Source of the DNA: Vulcanimicrobiota bacterium | GTDB lineage: Bacteria > Vulcanimicrobiota > Vulcanimicrobiia > Vulcanimicrobiales > Vulcanimicrobiaceae | Reading direction: 5' to 3' | NCBI GenBank assembly: GCA_963736775.1 | Contig: CAVTPY010000012.1 | Span: 1,904-65,903, forward strand | Length of the DNA: 64,000 nt | Shown here: in pieces, positions 37,692-59,086 of the stretch | Position numbering within the stretch: the stretch's first letter is position 1 | Layout: every line of letters begins with the position of its first letter | Made by a program: the position numbers and the translations under genes | Notes under the pieces: model-generated | What the model was told of the DNA's origin: nothing | What the model saw: only the letters and a program-made list of their open reading frames with translations | The model's database searches: none

Positions 37692-39001
37692 CTAAGGAGT
37701 CAACGCGAAGACCGTTCCGTGCTGGTACGTGCCGCCACCAGTTGTCGTTCCGTAAAGCGTGCCATCCATCTCGATCAGGGCGGTGGCGGGGAGCTTGCCG
37801 TCGGTTCCGCTTCCAAAGCTGTGCAGCAAGTGCTCCGAGCCGGACGTGCTGATGCTAAAGACCGTGCCATCGCCATAGGCGCCGCCATATTCCGTCGTGC
37901 CGTAGAGCGTGCCCTTTACATCGATCAGAGATGCGACGGGGCCGGCGCCATCGACTTTGTTACCGACGAAGCGGTGGAGCACTTTTTCCGTGCCGGGCGG
38001 CGTGATGCTAAAGACCGTCCCGCACTTGTTCACGACATTACAAGACTTGCCACTGGTGCGCGCGCCGCCAACTTCTGTCGTGCCATAGAACGTGCCTCTT
38101 ACATCGATCAACCCTGCTTCGGAAATTACCGCCATCGGTTCCACCCCCGAAGGAATGCAGGACTTATCTCCCTGCCGTTCAGCGTGACGCCGAAAACCGT
38201 GCCCCACCCGTGACGCGCCTTCCCCCGCTCGTTGTGCCGTAGAGTTTGCGTTTTACCTCGATAAGCGAAGCGGCGGGAACATTGCCATCGCTTCCTGCGC
38301 CGAAACTGTACAGCACTTTCTCCGTACCGCTCGGCGTGATGCTAAAGACCGTCCCGCAGTTGCCGCTGCATGTATTCTTATGTACGCCGCCATATTGCGT
38401 CGTACCGTAGAGCGTGCCGTTTACGTCGATTAGGCGGCGCCGCGGGCAATGCCCCATCGGGCGGGTTGCTGAAGCTATGCAGCACTTTCTCCGTGCCGCT
38501 CGACGTGACGCTAAAGACCGCCCCGCAGCTGTAATAGTAAGGGTAGCCGCCGCAGCTATTCGAGCCGCCGCCGTCCGTCGTGCCGTAGAGTGTGCCGCCC
38601 ACGTCGATCAACCCGGCGAGCGGATAAATTCCATCGGGCGGCCTGGCGAAGCGGTACGGCACCTTCTCGTGGCCATTCAGGCTTAGGCTGTAAACGGTCC
38701 CGCAACTGGGGCTATAATTGCAGCCACCGCCATATTCCGTTGTGCCGTAAAGCTTGCCACCCACGTCGATGAGTGTCCCCGAAGGGTAGTTCCCATCGAG
38801 GGTGCCGGCAAAGCTATACAGGACATTGTAGTCCGAGCTATTGGAGCGTGCGGCGAGCGCCGAGGCTTGCGGCATCGCGCCCGGGCCGGTGATCGGCAGC
38901 TGCATGTCATCCTGAGCCTGTCGAAGGACACCGCAGCCAGCGAGCAATGCGGCAGCGACGCCAATGCTAAGGACATAGCGACTCGCAGTTATCGTCTTCA
39001 T
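37692..39001 (-). pseudogene. GloVer-type tandem-repeat lipoprotein gene interrupted by several frameshifts
   Basis: Three listed ORFs (38378-39106, 38179-38457, 37692-38207) all carry G(T/K)LYGTTxxGG...GTVF(S/A)(I/V)Txx G(T/S)EKVLHSF...DG..P repeats. Further repeat fragments (GTVFGVTLNG; VLHSFGGGTDGG) appear in other frames around 38150-38230. Lipobox LLAGC at the N-terminus. Confidence 0.75.
38906..38928 (+). repeat. single copy of the palindromic element GTCATCCTGAGCCTGTCGAAGGA
   Basis: Identical over 23 nt to the reverse complement of 49088-49110, the promoter-distal unit of the trpG array. Here it is translated on the opposite strand as VLRQAQDDM, immediately after the lipobox Cys. Confidence 0.8.
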
Positions 39002-39154
39002 CTGTTGCTCCCCTGAGGTTCGAAGAGACCGTACTTGGTGCTTCGCCACGTTCCGGGCTATCCCAGCGGGCCGAGCGCTTACTCCTCGGCGCGCAGGGAC
39101 TCCCAATGCCGCAGCCGCAATGCGCCACCTCCGCGCTGCGCAACCATCGGTTCG

Positions 39155-39229
39155 TGGTGGGCCTGGTAGGATTCGAACCTACGCGCAACCAGTTATGAGC
39201 CGGCCGCTCTACCGCTGAGCTACAGGCCC
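39155..39229 (-). tRNA. tRNA with CAU anticodon (elongator Met, or Ile2 if lysidine-modified), CCA encoded
   Basis: Manual fold. Acceptor GGGCCTG/CAGGCCC, D-arm GCTC-AGCGGTA-GAGC, anticodon arm GCCGG-CTCATAA-CTGGT, T-arm GTAGG-TTCGAAT-CCTAC, A73, CCA. Confidence 0.85.
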
Positions 39230-39276
39230 GCGTGGGGTTTTGGTATTCGCGAGGATGCTCGAGAGCCCTTAGAGGC

Positions 39277-39305
39277 TTGTCGACTCCGGATTCGTAGTGT
39301 ATAAT
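39277..39305 (+). promoter_or_regulatory. sigma70-like promoter of the toxin-antitoxin operon (TTGTCG-17-TATAAT)
   Basis: TTGTCG at 39277-39282 and TATAAT at 39300-39305, followed by AGAGGA upstream of the ATG at 39328. Confidence 0.5.
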
Positions 39306-39327
39306 CTCCAAAAGAGGATACCACCCG

Positions 39328-39748
39328 ATGACCGCTCTCGCCTACCCCGCCACCCGCTACGCTCCCTCGCCCCTTGTGGACATCACGTCCGCAGAGGAAC
39401 GCAAGCGGCTCGGCCCGTCAGCCTTGAAAGCCTTCTTCAACATCATGGAGTGCTGGCATATCCGCGACGAGGACGCGATGCGGCTCCTAGGCAGCATGGC
39501 GAGCAGCACCTATTACGCGATTAAAAAATCGCCGCGGCGCACGCTCGATCCCGACACGATGCTGCGGATTTCCTATTTGATCGGCATCTTCAAGGCGCTC
39601 AACATTCTCCATGGCAAGGCGCTCGCCGACCGGTGGATCGGTCTTCCAAATACGAGTCCTATCTTTCGCGGCATCGCGCCGCTGGAATACATGATTCGCG
39701 GCGGCATTCCGGCGTTTGCGGCCGTTCGCCGGCTGCTCGACGCGCGTC

Positions 39749-39762
<14 letters not shown>
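39328..39762 (+). CDS. type II antitoxin, Xre/MbcA/ParS-like (DUF2384 toxin-binding domain)
   Basis: 144 aa. The pattern LRISYLIGIFKALNILHG...ADRWIGLPN..F.G..PLEYMIRGGIPAFAAVRRLLD is typical of DUF2384 antitoxins paired with RES toxins. Confidence 0.8.
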
Positions 39763-42220
<2,458 letters not shown>

Positions 42221-42269
42221 TCATGCTTTCCGCAGCGGATAACGACCGCAAGCGCCCAATCTCCTATAA

Positions 42270-43035
42270 ATGCCGTATCGGAACGTGGCTGCGCAGCTGG
42301 CGGACGGTCCGTTTGCGTCGATCGAGTATCGCGAAGAGACCGGAAGCACGAATGCGGATGCGGTGGAGCTGCTCGGCGACGAGCGGTTCGGCGGCCACAC
42401 GATCGTCGCCGAGTTCCAGCGCCGTGGAGCCGGGCGCAAGGGGCGATCGTGGCACGCAATGCCGGGGACGGCGCTGCTCTTTAGCACGATCCTGCCGCGA
42501 AGCATCGACGTCGACCGGCTCTGGCTCGTGCCGTTTTGGGTCGCGCTCGCGGTACGAGCAGGGCTTCGCAACTGCGGGGTCGTGACGACGCTGCAGTGGC
42601 CGAACGATCTGCTGCTGGGCGATCGCAAGCTGGGCGGCATTCTCTGCCAATCTCGAGTGGCGGCAGCAACGGCACGCGTCGCCTGCGGTGTGGGCATCAA
42701 CGTGCACCGCTTAGCCGGCGCCGGAACCGTCATCGAGCCGGCTCCTGCATTCTGCGACGAGGTCGGGCCGGTCGATCGCGCCGCGCTCCTGGTCGCGATC
42801 CTTCGCACGTACGACGCAATGCTCGCGGCGCTCGACGATGCCGGCAGCGTCATGCGCGACTGGGAGGCGGCTGCGCGAGATTCCGGGACGGCGCTACCGA
42901 ATCGCGAAGGACGACGCACGAGAGCCCTTCGAGGCAATCGCGCAGTCGCTCGACGAGGGCGGCGCCTTACGCGTCGTCCGCGACGATGGGATCAGCGAAA
43001 GTGTTGAGATGGCGGACGCGCGAGTTTTGCGTTAA
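42270..43035 (+). pseudogene. birA: biotin--[acetyl-CoA-carboxylase] ligase with a 1-nt frameshift near 42882-42888 (or an assembly error)
   Basis: ETGSTNADA, QRRGAGRKGRSWH, KWPNDLL-like QWPNDLLLGDRKLGGIL, GVGINV. The C-terminal beta domain (GRRYRIAKDDAREPFEAIAQSLDEGGALRVVRDDGISESVEMADARVL) lies in the frame of 42838-43035. Removing one G from the GGG run restores ...RDSGRRYRI. Confidence 0.8.
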
Positions 43036-43571
43036 GAGCTGCGCGCGCGAGCGAGACGGTGATCGCAAATCTCGCAGAAGTGCGGCATCTTATTATCCGT
43101 TTCGAAGATCGAGTTGGAGTAGTACATCGCGCAACGGGCGTTATAGCAGTGCTTGAGCCCGAAGGTGTGGCCGAGCTCGTGAACGCACTCTTTGAGCGTC
43201 CGCTGGAAAAGCATGTTGAAATCGCTTGGTTCTCCGTAAAAGTCCGAGCGAAGCCGGTGGACGGAGACGACCGCGACGGACTGCGCCTCATCGGCATCGC
43301 CGAAGACGAATCGGTGCGAGGTCTTGTACAGGTCGAAATCGGTGATGGCCAGCACGGCGGCTCCAGGTTTCGGATGCGCCCGCTGCACCTTCGCAATCAG
43401 CGTGGATACGAAAAGCTGACCGCGCGTCGCATTGAGCGTGCTGCGCGGAACGACCAGCGATCGTTCGACGCGAGCGCCGGCGATGAAGCGTTCCTCGAGG
43501 CAGGGGGCGAGACGATCCAAGAACACGTGGTCGACGGTGTTGATCGGCACGATTCGGATATCGCAATCCAT
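43032..43571 (-). CDS. archaemetzincin-like zinc metalloprotease (peptidase M54)
   Basis: HELGHTFGLKHC..ARCAMYYSNS......FCEICDHRL gives the HExxHxxGxxH motif plus the Cys4 motif. Confidence 0.8.
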   Translation of the reverse strand: MDCDIRIVPINTVDHVFLDRLAPCLEERFIAGARVERSLVVPRSTLNATRGQLFVSTLIAKVQRAHPKPGAAVLAITDFDLYKTSHRFVFGDADEAQSVAVVSVHRLRSDFYGEPSDFNMLFQRTLKECVHELGHTFGLKHCYNARCAMYYSNSIFETDNKMPHFCEICDHRLARARSS

Positions 43572-43637
43572 CTCGGGTGGCTAGGATTCTCGACAAAAAT
43601 CTAGGTGACCTGCGCCGCTGCCGTCGAAGTCGTCGCG

Positions 43638-44000
43638 GTGATCGTCGGAATCGGCCTCGACGTGGCCAACGTGATGCGCTATCGCTTCGACGAGCGCGAG
43701 CTCGCGTGGTTCGCGCGCAAGGTCTATACCGAGACCGAAATGGCGTACGCCATGCGCAAGCGCAACTGGCCGGAGCGCCTCGCGGGGTTCTTCGCCGCCA
43801 AGGAGGCGACGCGCAAAGCCTTCGGGCACGCGATTCCCTGGCGGAGCGTCGGCGTCGGGCACGAGCGCAGCGGCAAACCCGTCATCGAACTGCTCGGTTG
43901 GGCCGAACGCCTGACGCACCACCGCGGCGTGCGCACGATCCATCTCACGATCACGCATAGCGCCGAGGTCGCCGCGGCCGTCGTGATTCTAGAATCATGA
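43638..44000 (+). CDS. acpS: holo-[acyl-carrier-protein] synthase
   Basis: V(M)IVGIGLDV start, FAAKEATRKAF, ITHSAEVAAAVVILE. The GTG at 43638 is preferred over the GTG at 43605. Confidence 0.85.
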   Translation: MIVGIGLDVANVMRYRFDERELAWFARKVYTETEMAYAMRKRNWPERLAGFFAAKEATRKAFGHAIPWRSVGVGHERSGKPVIELLGWAERLTHHRGVRTIHLTITHSAEVAAAVVILES

Positions 44001-45505
44001 TCTACGTACTAACGCCCGAGCAGATGCGCGCCGTCGACGCCGCAGCCGTCGAGCACGTTGGAGCGAACAAGCTGATGCGCAATGCCGGGCGCAGGATTGC
44101 GAAGCGCTTAAGAACGATGGCGAAACCCGGGTCGAAAATCGTCGCCTTCGCGGGCCCGGGCAATAACGGCGGCGACGCATTCGCCGCGCTTTCGGAACTC
44201 GCGCGAGAGTACGACTGTATCGTGGCCGCCGATCCGGCGGCGCAGGGATCGCAGGCACGCGATGCGGCGCGCACTCGTGCGAAAAAGGCGGGGGCGTCAA
44301 TCATCGCACTCCCTGCGGACGAACGCGAAGCGCGCGCGCTGCTCGAGAACGCGATCGGCGTGGACGGAATGTTCGGAACGGGGGCGCGGCTACCGCTTCC
44401 GGAGGAATATCGGCATCTCGCACGCGCGCTCGACGCGCGAGAACGCGCGGTGCTGGCGATCGATATCCCGAGCGGCACCGATGCGCTGACCGGCGCGGTG
44501 AGCGACGACGCCGTGCGCGCGACGCTTACCATGACGCTCGCCGCCGCGAAACCCGGCCTCTTGCTGGAGCCCGCGCGCGAGTACGTGGGTGAGCTGTGGT
44601 GCGCGGAGATCGGAATCGACGAGGCGCTGCTCGCCGCGCAACCGCGTACGTTCGCTACGCTCGATAACGCGGAGTTTATGAAACTCTTGCCGCACCGCGC
44701 GGCCGATACCGACAAGCGCGCGGCCGGTGCGCCCCTGATCGTCGCCGGGTCGGCACAGTTTCCCGGCGCAGCGGTCCTTTGCGCTCGAGGCGCGGCGCGC
44801 GCCGGCGCGGGTTACGTAACCGTCGCCACGCCGAGCTCCGCCGCCGGCGTTTTGCGCGCGCATCTTGTGGAGCAAGTCGTCGTCGCACTTTCCGACGACG
44901 CGCAGCCCGACGCGGTCGCGCAGGAGTTGCTCGAAATCTCGAAACGCAACGGTGCCGTCGCGATCGGCCCCGGGTTGGGGCTCGACGACCGCACCGGCGA
45001 CATCGTTCGGCTTTTCCTCGAAGCCAACCGTTTACCGGTCGTCGTTGATGCCAGCGGTCTCTTCCATTTGAGCAAGCACCTCGATCTACTACGCGGAAAT
45101 CGGTGCGTCGTGACGCCGCACGCCGGCGAGTTCGCGCGGCTCTCGGGGCGGGGAACGATCGCGCCGGGCACGCGCGTCGAGCGAATTCGGGAGTTCGTCG
45201 ATCGCACGGGCATCGCGACGCTTCTCAAGGGCTCCGATACGCTGATCTACGACGGCACGACCGTCTACATCAATCCGACCGGCACGAACGCGCTCGCGAC
45301 GGCGGGGACCGGCGACGTGCTCAGCGGCATCATCGCCACGCTTCTCGCACAGGGGCTCTCACCGGTTGACGCTGCACGCGCCGGCGCGTATTGGCACGGT
45401 TTAGCGGGTCAACGCGCCGCGGAAAAACGCCGAGTCGGCGTCATCGCGAGCGACGTGGCCGAGGCGCTTGGTGAAGCGCTCCCCGTAGGCTCAGGGCGAC
45501 ACTAA
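43997..45505 (+). CDS. nnr: bifunctional NAD(P)H-hydrate epimerase / ADP-dependent dehydratase
   Basis: N-terminal YjeF_N (GPGNNGGDAFA, DGMFGTG) plus C-terminal carbohydrate-kinase domain (KRAAGAPLIVAGS..FPGAAVL, TPHAGEFARL, GTGDVLSGII). Confidence 0.9.
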   Translation: MIYVLTPEQMRAVDAAAVEHVGANKLMRNAGRRIAKRLRTMAKPGSKIVAFAGPGNNGGDAFAALSELAREYDCIVAADPAAQGSQARDAARTRAKKAGASIIALPADEREARALLENAIGVDGMFGTGARLPLPEEYRHLARALDARERAVLAIDIPSGTDALTGAVSDDAVRATLTMTLAAAKPGLLLEPAREYVGELWCAEIGIDEALLAAQPRTFATLDNAEFMKLLPHRAADTDKRAAGAPLIVAGSAQFPGAAVLCARGAARAGAGYVTVATPSSAAGVLRAHLVEQVVVALSDDAQPDAVAQELLEISKRNGAVAIGPGLGLDDRTGDIVRLFLEANRLPVVVDASGLFHLSKHLDLLRGNRCVVTPHAGEFARLSGRGTIAPGTRVERIREFVDRTGIATLLKGSDTLIYDGTTVYINPTGTNALATAGTGDVLSGIIATLLAQGLSPVDAARAGAYWHGLAGQRAAEKRRVGVIASDVAEALGEALPVGSGRH

Positions 45506-46288
45506 GGAACAAGCGGCAATGAGGGGAGCGACGAACTCGCGCACTCGCGTGGCCGCTTCTTCCCCGCGCGTGCCCGCATAGGCATCGATCAGCGCGCTGC
45601 CAACGACGACCCCATCGGCCAGCATTCGAACGCTGCGCACGTCCTGCGGGCGGCTCAGGCCAAAGCCGACGGCAAGCGGTTTGTTCGTCAATTCGCGCAA
45701 CGAGGCCAGCTGACGGCGCAGCGGGGCGAAATCCAGAGCAGAGCCGGTGCCGGTTACGCCGAGCCGCGAAACGACGTAAACGAAGCCGGTCGCCGCATCC
45801 ACGATCCGCGCCGCGCGCTGGTGCGGAGTGGAAGGCGCGACGAGCAGCGGCATCGCCAACCCCTGCGCCTGCAGCGCAGCACGAAGCTCCGCGCTCTCCT
45901 CTAGCGCGACATCGGGAACGATCGCGCCGGCGACGGCGGCTGCCGCCGCTTCGCGCGCGAACCGCTCGACGCCGAACTGATAGACCGGATTGTAGTACGT
46001 AAAAGCCACGATAGGCGCGCAGCGCTCGCGGCAGCGTCCTACGAGCGTAAGGACGTCACGGAGATGCGTCGCGCTCCGCAGCGCGCGCTGGCCGGCTGCG
46101 GCAATCGTCGGCCCGTCGGCGAGCGGATCGCTGTATGGCACTCCCAACTCGATGATGTCCGCGCCGGCGTCGCTCAATGCTACTAGAATGGCTTCGGTCG
46201 TTTCGAGATCGGGATCCCCCGCCATCACGTACGGTATGAACGCCATGCGCTTCTCGGCGCGTGCGCGCGCGAAGGCATCGTCTAACAT
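45491..46288 (-). CDS. trpA: tryptophan synthase alpha chain
   Basis: [43 protein letters not shown]. Confidence 0.95.
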   Translation of the reverse strand: MLDDAFARARAEKRMAFIPYVMAGDPDLETTEAILVALSDAGADIIELGVPYSDPLADGPTIAAAGQRALRSATHLRDVLTLVGRCRERCAPIVAFTYYNPVYQFGVERFAREAAAAAVAGAIVPDVALEESAELRAALQAQGLAMPLLVAPSTPHQRAARIVDAATGFVYVVSRLGVTGTGSALDFAPLRRQLASLRELTNKPLAVGFGLSRPQDVRSVRMLADGVVVGSALIDAYAGTRGEEAATRVREFVAPLIAACSLVSP

Positions 46289-47448
46289 CGCCCGATGTCT
46301 TTGTCGCCCCGGCCGCTGAGATTCACCAAGATCAAATCGTCCGCGCCGCGCTGCGCCGCGAGTTTGCGCGCGAAGGCGATCGCATGCGCGCTCTCCAGCG
46401 CCGGAAGGATTCCCTCGCAGCGCGCAAAGCCGTGGAAAGCTTCGACGGCTTGTGTGTCGGTGATATCGACGTACGTGGCGCGGCCGCTGTCTTTCAAGAA
46501 CGCGTGCTCGGGCCCGACGCCGGGATAATCGAGCCCGGCGCTAATGGAGTGCGTCTCGCGAACTTGTCCTTCCACGCTCTGCAGCAAATAGGAACGCGAA
46601 CCGTGCAGCACGCCGATGCTGCCGCCGTGCAGCGACGCGGCGTGCTCGTCGCCGTCGACACCTTTGCCGCCCGCCTCTACGCCCCAAAGCTTCACTTCGC
46701 GATCGTCCACGAATCCGGAAAAGATGCCCATCGCATTGCTGCCTCCGCCGACGCAGGCGATTACATCGCTGGGCAAACGTCCGAAGCGCTCCAAGGTTTG
46801 CCGCCTCGCCTCGATGCCGATGACCTTTTGGAACTCTCGCACCATAAACGGATACGGGTGCGCGCCGACCACGCTGCCGATCACGTAGAACGTATCCTCG
46901 ACGCGCTGCGCCCAGACACGAAAGGCTTCGTTGGTCGCATCTTTGAGCGTCTGCGTTCCGCTAGTGACCGCGTGCACTCGCGCACCGAGCAATCGCATCA
47001 CGTCAACGTTGAGCGCTTGCCGCTCGATATCGCGCGCGCCCATATAGACGTCGACCGGCAAGCCGAGCTTCGCGCCGACGGTGGCGGTTGCGACGCCATG
47101 CTGTCCCGCACCGGTTTCCGCGAGCAGCCGGCGTTTGCCCATTCGCCGCGCGAGCAATGCCTGACCGACGGTATTGTTGATTTTGTGTGCTCCGGTATGA
47201 TTGGTATCTTCGCGCTTCATCACGAGCGGCACGGACGAAACGTCCGCGGCGTACCGCTCGCAGCGGTAGATCGGCGAGGGGCGGCCGACGAAGTCGCGCA
47301 GCACTGCATGGTACTCGGCCCAAAAATCGGGATCGGCAAACGCTGCCGTCATTGCTCGCTCTAGCTCATCGAGTGCAGCGATCAAGACTTCGGGTACGTA
47401 GCGGCCGCCGAAGTCGCCGAAGTAGCCGCGCGTGTCGGGTCCGCTCAC
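46282..47448 (-). CDS. trpB: tryptophan synthase beta chain
   Basis: [48 protein letters not shown] start in a GTGA overlap with the trpF stop. Confidence 0.95.
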   Translation of the reverse strand: MSGPDTRGYFGDFGGRYVPEVLIAALDELERAMTAAFADPDFWAEYHAVLRDFVGRPSPIYRCERYAADVSSVPLVMKREDTNHTGAHKINNTVGQALLARRMGKRRLLAETGAGQHGVATATVGAKLGLPVDVYMGARDIERQALNVDVMRLLGARVHAVTSGTQTLKDATNEAFRVWAQRVEDTFYVIGSVVGAHPYPFMVREFQKVIGIEARRQTLERFGRLPSDVIACVGGGSNAMGIFSGFVDDREVKLWGVEAGGKGVDGDEHAASLHGGSIGVLHGSRSYLLQSVEGQVRETHSISAGLDYPGVGPEHAFLKDSGRATYVDITDTQAVEAFHGFARCEGILPALESAHAIAFARKLAAQRGADDLILVNLSGRGDKDIGRC

Positions 47449-48062
47449 GCGCCGCGTACGGCTCGCACGAACTCCCGCATTTTGGCCGGGTCCTTTCGGC
47501 CGCCGCTCTCGATCCCGGTGCGTACGTCGACGCCGAACGGGTGCGCGCGTCGCACGCATTCAGCCACGTTTTCAGGCGTTAGACCTCCCGCAATAACGAC
47601 GCGCCGCTTGGCGACGATCGGGACGATCTGATTCCAATCGAACGTACGGCCGGTACCTCCTGCCATTCCGTCTTGGCGCGCGTCGAAGAGCACGACGGCT
47701 GCCGGAAAGCGTTCGCAGCGCTCTTCGACCAAGGTCGTGCGGTCGTCAATGTGGATAGCTTTGATCGCATGGTCGCCGTAGCGTCCGATGAACTCCGGCG
47801 TCTCGTCGCCGGAGAACTGGAGGAACGCGCTCGGAAAGAGCTCGCGCACGGCATCCACATCCGAGTCCGCCGGATTCACGAAGACCGCGACCGGAGCAAT
47901 CGTGGGGGGCGCCCGGCGCGCGATCTCTTGCGCAGACTCAAATGAAATGCGCCGCGGCGACGGTGCGAAGATCATCCCGAATGCGTCGGCGCCCGCTTCG
48001 GCCGCCATCGCGACGTCGCCCAGCGACGTGCACCCGCAAAACTTGATCCACGCGTCAGCCAT
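47445..48062 (-). CDS. trpF: phosphoribosylanthranilate isomerase
   Basis: [58 protein letters not shown]. Confidence 0.9.
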   Translation of the reverse strand: MADAWIKFCGCTSLGDVAMAAEAGADAFGMIFAPSPRRISFESAQEIARRAPPTIAPVAVFVNPADSDVDAVRELFPSAFLQFSGDETPEFIGRYGDHAIKAIHIDDRTTLVEERCERFPAAVVLFDARQDGMAGGTGRTFDWNQIVPIVAKRRVVIAGGLTPENVAECVRRAHPFGVDVRTGIESGGRKDPAKMREFVRAVRGA

Positions 48063-49068
48063 GGGAGCCGATCTTCTTCGCGCGCTCGAAGATTTGCCAT
48101 GCAGCGCCGCTGCGCAGGAGCGCTCGGGCACGTTCGAATGCGGCCAGGAGCTCGCTCTCGACGCCCACGACGTAGAAAACGACGGCCGCGTTGAGCGCCA
48201 CGACGTCGGCGGCCGCACTCCGTCCGCCATGCAAAATTTCAACGAAAGCGTCGCGGCAGATGCCGACCGAGCCGCCGACCGGCGTGCGCAAGTCTCCGGA
48301 GATGCCGAACTCAGACGGCTCGAGGCGCCACAACCGCGCGCCATCTTCGTCGAACGAATAGATCAGGGTCGGCGCATCGCCGGCGACTTCATCGAGCCCG
48401 CTGCAGCCGTGCACGACCGCACCGCGGCGCGCGCCCAGCGCGCGCAGCGCGGGACCGACGCGTTCGACGAGTTCTTCCCGGGCGACGCCGACGATTTGGT
48501 GCGTAGCGCGCGCCGGATTGGTCAGCGGGCCCAAGAGGTTGAAGATCGTTCGCACGCCGAGCTCCCGGCGAATGCTTGCGGCATTGCGCATGGCCGGATG
48601 GTAGTACGGTGCGAACATGAAGGTGAACCCGCACTCGCGCAGCATCCTCGCAGCGAGTTCCGGCGAAACCTCGATCGGGAACCCCGCCGACTCCAGCACG
48701 TCGGCGCTGCCGCATGCGCTCGACGCGGCGCGATTGCCGTGCTTGGCGACGGGAACTCCTGCCGCGGCGACGACCAGCGCCGCCATCGTCGAGATATTAA
48801 TGGTGTTGGCATGATCGCCGCCCGTGCCGACGACGTCGACCACCATCGGCAAACCGTGCTCGACGTGCAAACTGCGCTCGCGCATCGCGCGCGCGGCTCC
48901 GACGATCTCGTCCACGCTCTCACCTTTGAAGGCGAGCGCCGTCAGCAGCGCGGCGGCCTGCACCGGCGTAAAGCTCGCGTCCATGATCTCGCCGACGAAC
49001 GCGGCCGCCTCTTCTGCGGCGAGATCTTCGCCGCCCAGCACGCGCCGCAGTAACGGTGCAAATTCCAT
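48055..49068 (-). CDS. trpD: anthranilate phosphoribosyltransferase
   Basis: Start at MEFAPLLRRV. VDVVGTGGD, NISTMAALVVAAAG, KHGNRA.SS..GSADVLE, GPLTNPA. Confidence 0.95.
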   Translation of the reverse strand: MEFAPLLRRVLGGEDLAAEEAAAFVGEIMDASFTPVQAAALLTALAFKGESVDEIVGAARAMRERSLHVEHGLPMVVDVVGTGGDHANTINISTMAALVVAAAGVPVAKHGNRAASSACGSADVLESAGFPIEVSPELAARMLRECGFTFMFAPYYHPAMRNAASIRRELGVRTIFNLLGPLTNPARATHQIVGVAREELVERVGPALRALGARRGAVVHGCSGLDEVAGDAPTLIYSFDEDGARLWRLEPSEFGISGDLRTPVGGSVGICRDAFVEILHGGRSAAADVVALNAAVVFYVVGVESELLAAFERARALLRSGAAWQIFERAKKIGSHG

Positions 49069-49083
49069 TAACGCGGGTGCCCC

Positions 49084-49176
49084 GTCATCCTTCGACAGGC
49101 TCAGGATGACACTCGACAGGCTCAGGATGACACTCGACAGGCTCAGGATGACACTCGAGGTGCTCAGGATGACACT
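49084..49176. repeat. tandem array (4 copies) of a 21-nt palindrome-containing unit, inside the 3' end of trpG
   Basis: Plus strand: GTCATCC-TTCGACAGGCTCAGGATGAC (49084-49110), ACTCGACAGGCTCAGGATGAC (49111-49131 and 49132-49152), ACTCGAGGTGCTCAGGATGAC (49153-49173). GTCATCC at 49084-49090 pairs with GGATGAC at 49104-49110. Confidence 0.95.
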
Positions 49177-49749
49177 GGGAGAAAAAGTTTTCGACGATTT
49201 GATCGCCGCTTTCGCTGAGCACCGACTCGGGATGAAACTGGACGCCGTGAACCGGGCGCTCCCGATGCGCGACGCCTTGAACGACGCCATCTTCGCTGCG
49301 CGCGTTGACCCGCAGCGTTTCGGGAATCGTCGACGGCTCCAAGCAGAGCGAATGGTATCGCGTTGCCGTCAACGGCGACGCGAGACCCGCAAAGACGCCG
49401 CTGCCATCGTGCTCGATGCGCGAAGTCTTGCCGTGCATCTGACGCGGTGCGTGCGTCACGGTCGCACCCATGACTTCCCCGATCGCCTGCAGACCCAGAC
49501 AGACACCCAGGACCGGCACCCCTCGCTCGATTGCCGCACGCAGCACGGCCATCATCTGCGGCGCGTGCTCGGGACGACCCGGCCCGGGGCCGACGACCAG
49601 CGCATCGTAACGCTCGAGAATTTCAGGCTCGAGCCGTGGATCGTCGTTGAGCAGCACGTCCGGTGCGCCGCCGCGCGACGCGAGCAGATGCACGACGTTG
49701 TAGCTGAAGCTGTCGAAATTATCGACGAAGAGCACTCGGAGCGCGCGCG

Positions 49750-49753
<4 letters not shown>
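49085..49753 (-). CDS. trpG: anthranilate synthase component II (glutamine amidotransferase) with a repeat-encoded C-terminal tail
   Basis: GTG start in a GTGA overlap with the trpE stop. LFVDNFDSFSYN, GPGPGRP, GVCLGLQA, GVQFHPES. The tail reads ...ENFFSQ-CHPEHLE-CHPEPVE-CHPEPVE-CHPEPVEG*. Confidence 0.9.
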
Positions 49754-56065
<6,312 letters not shown>

Positions 56066-56078
56066 CAGCTCCCTGAGA

Positions 56079-59081
<3,003 letters not shown>

Positions 59082-59086
59082 GGTAT

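Noticed and set aside
39155-39229. Initiator tRNA-fMet assignment for the CAU tRNA.
   Set aside because: The 1-72 pair is a normal G-C pair, not the C-A mismatch. The anticodon stem also lacks the three consecutive G-C pairs typical of bacterial initiators.
49084-49176. Possible CRISPR array, because of the regularly repeated 21-nt units.
   Set aside because: The units are directly adjacent with no spacers, there are only four copies, they lie inside a coding sequence, and no cas genes are present in the window.
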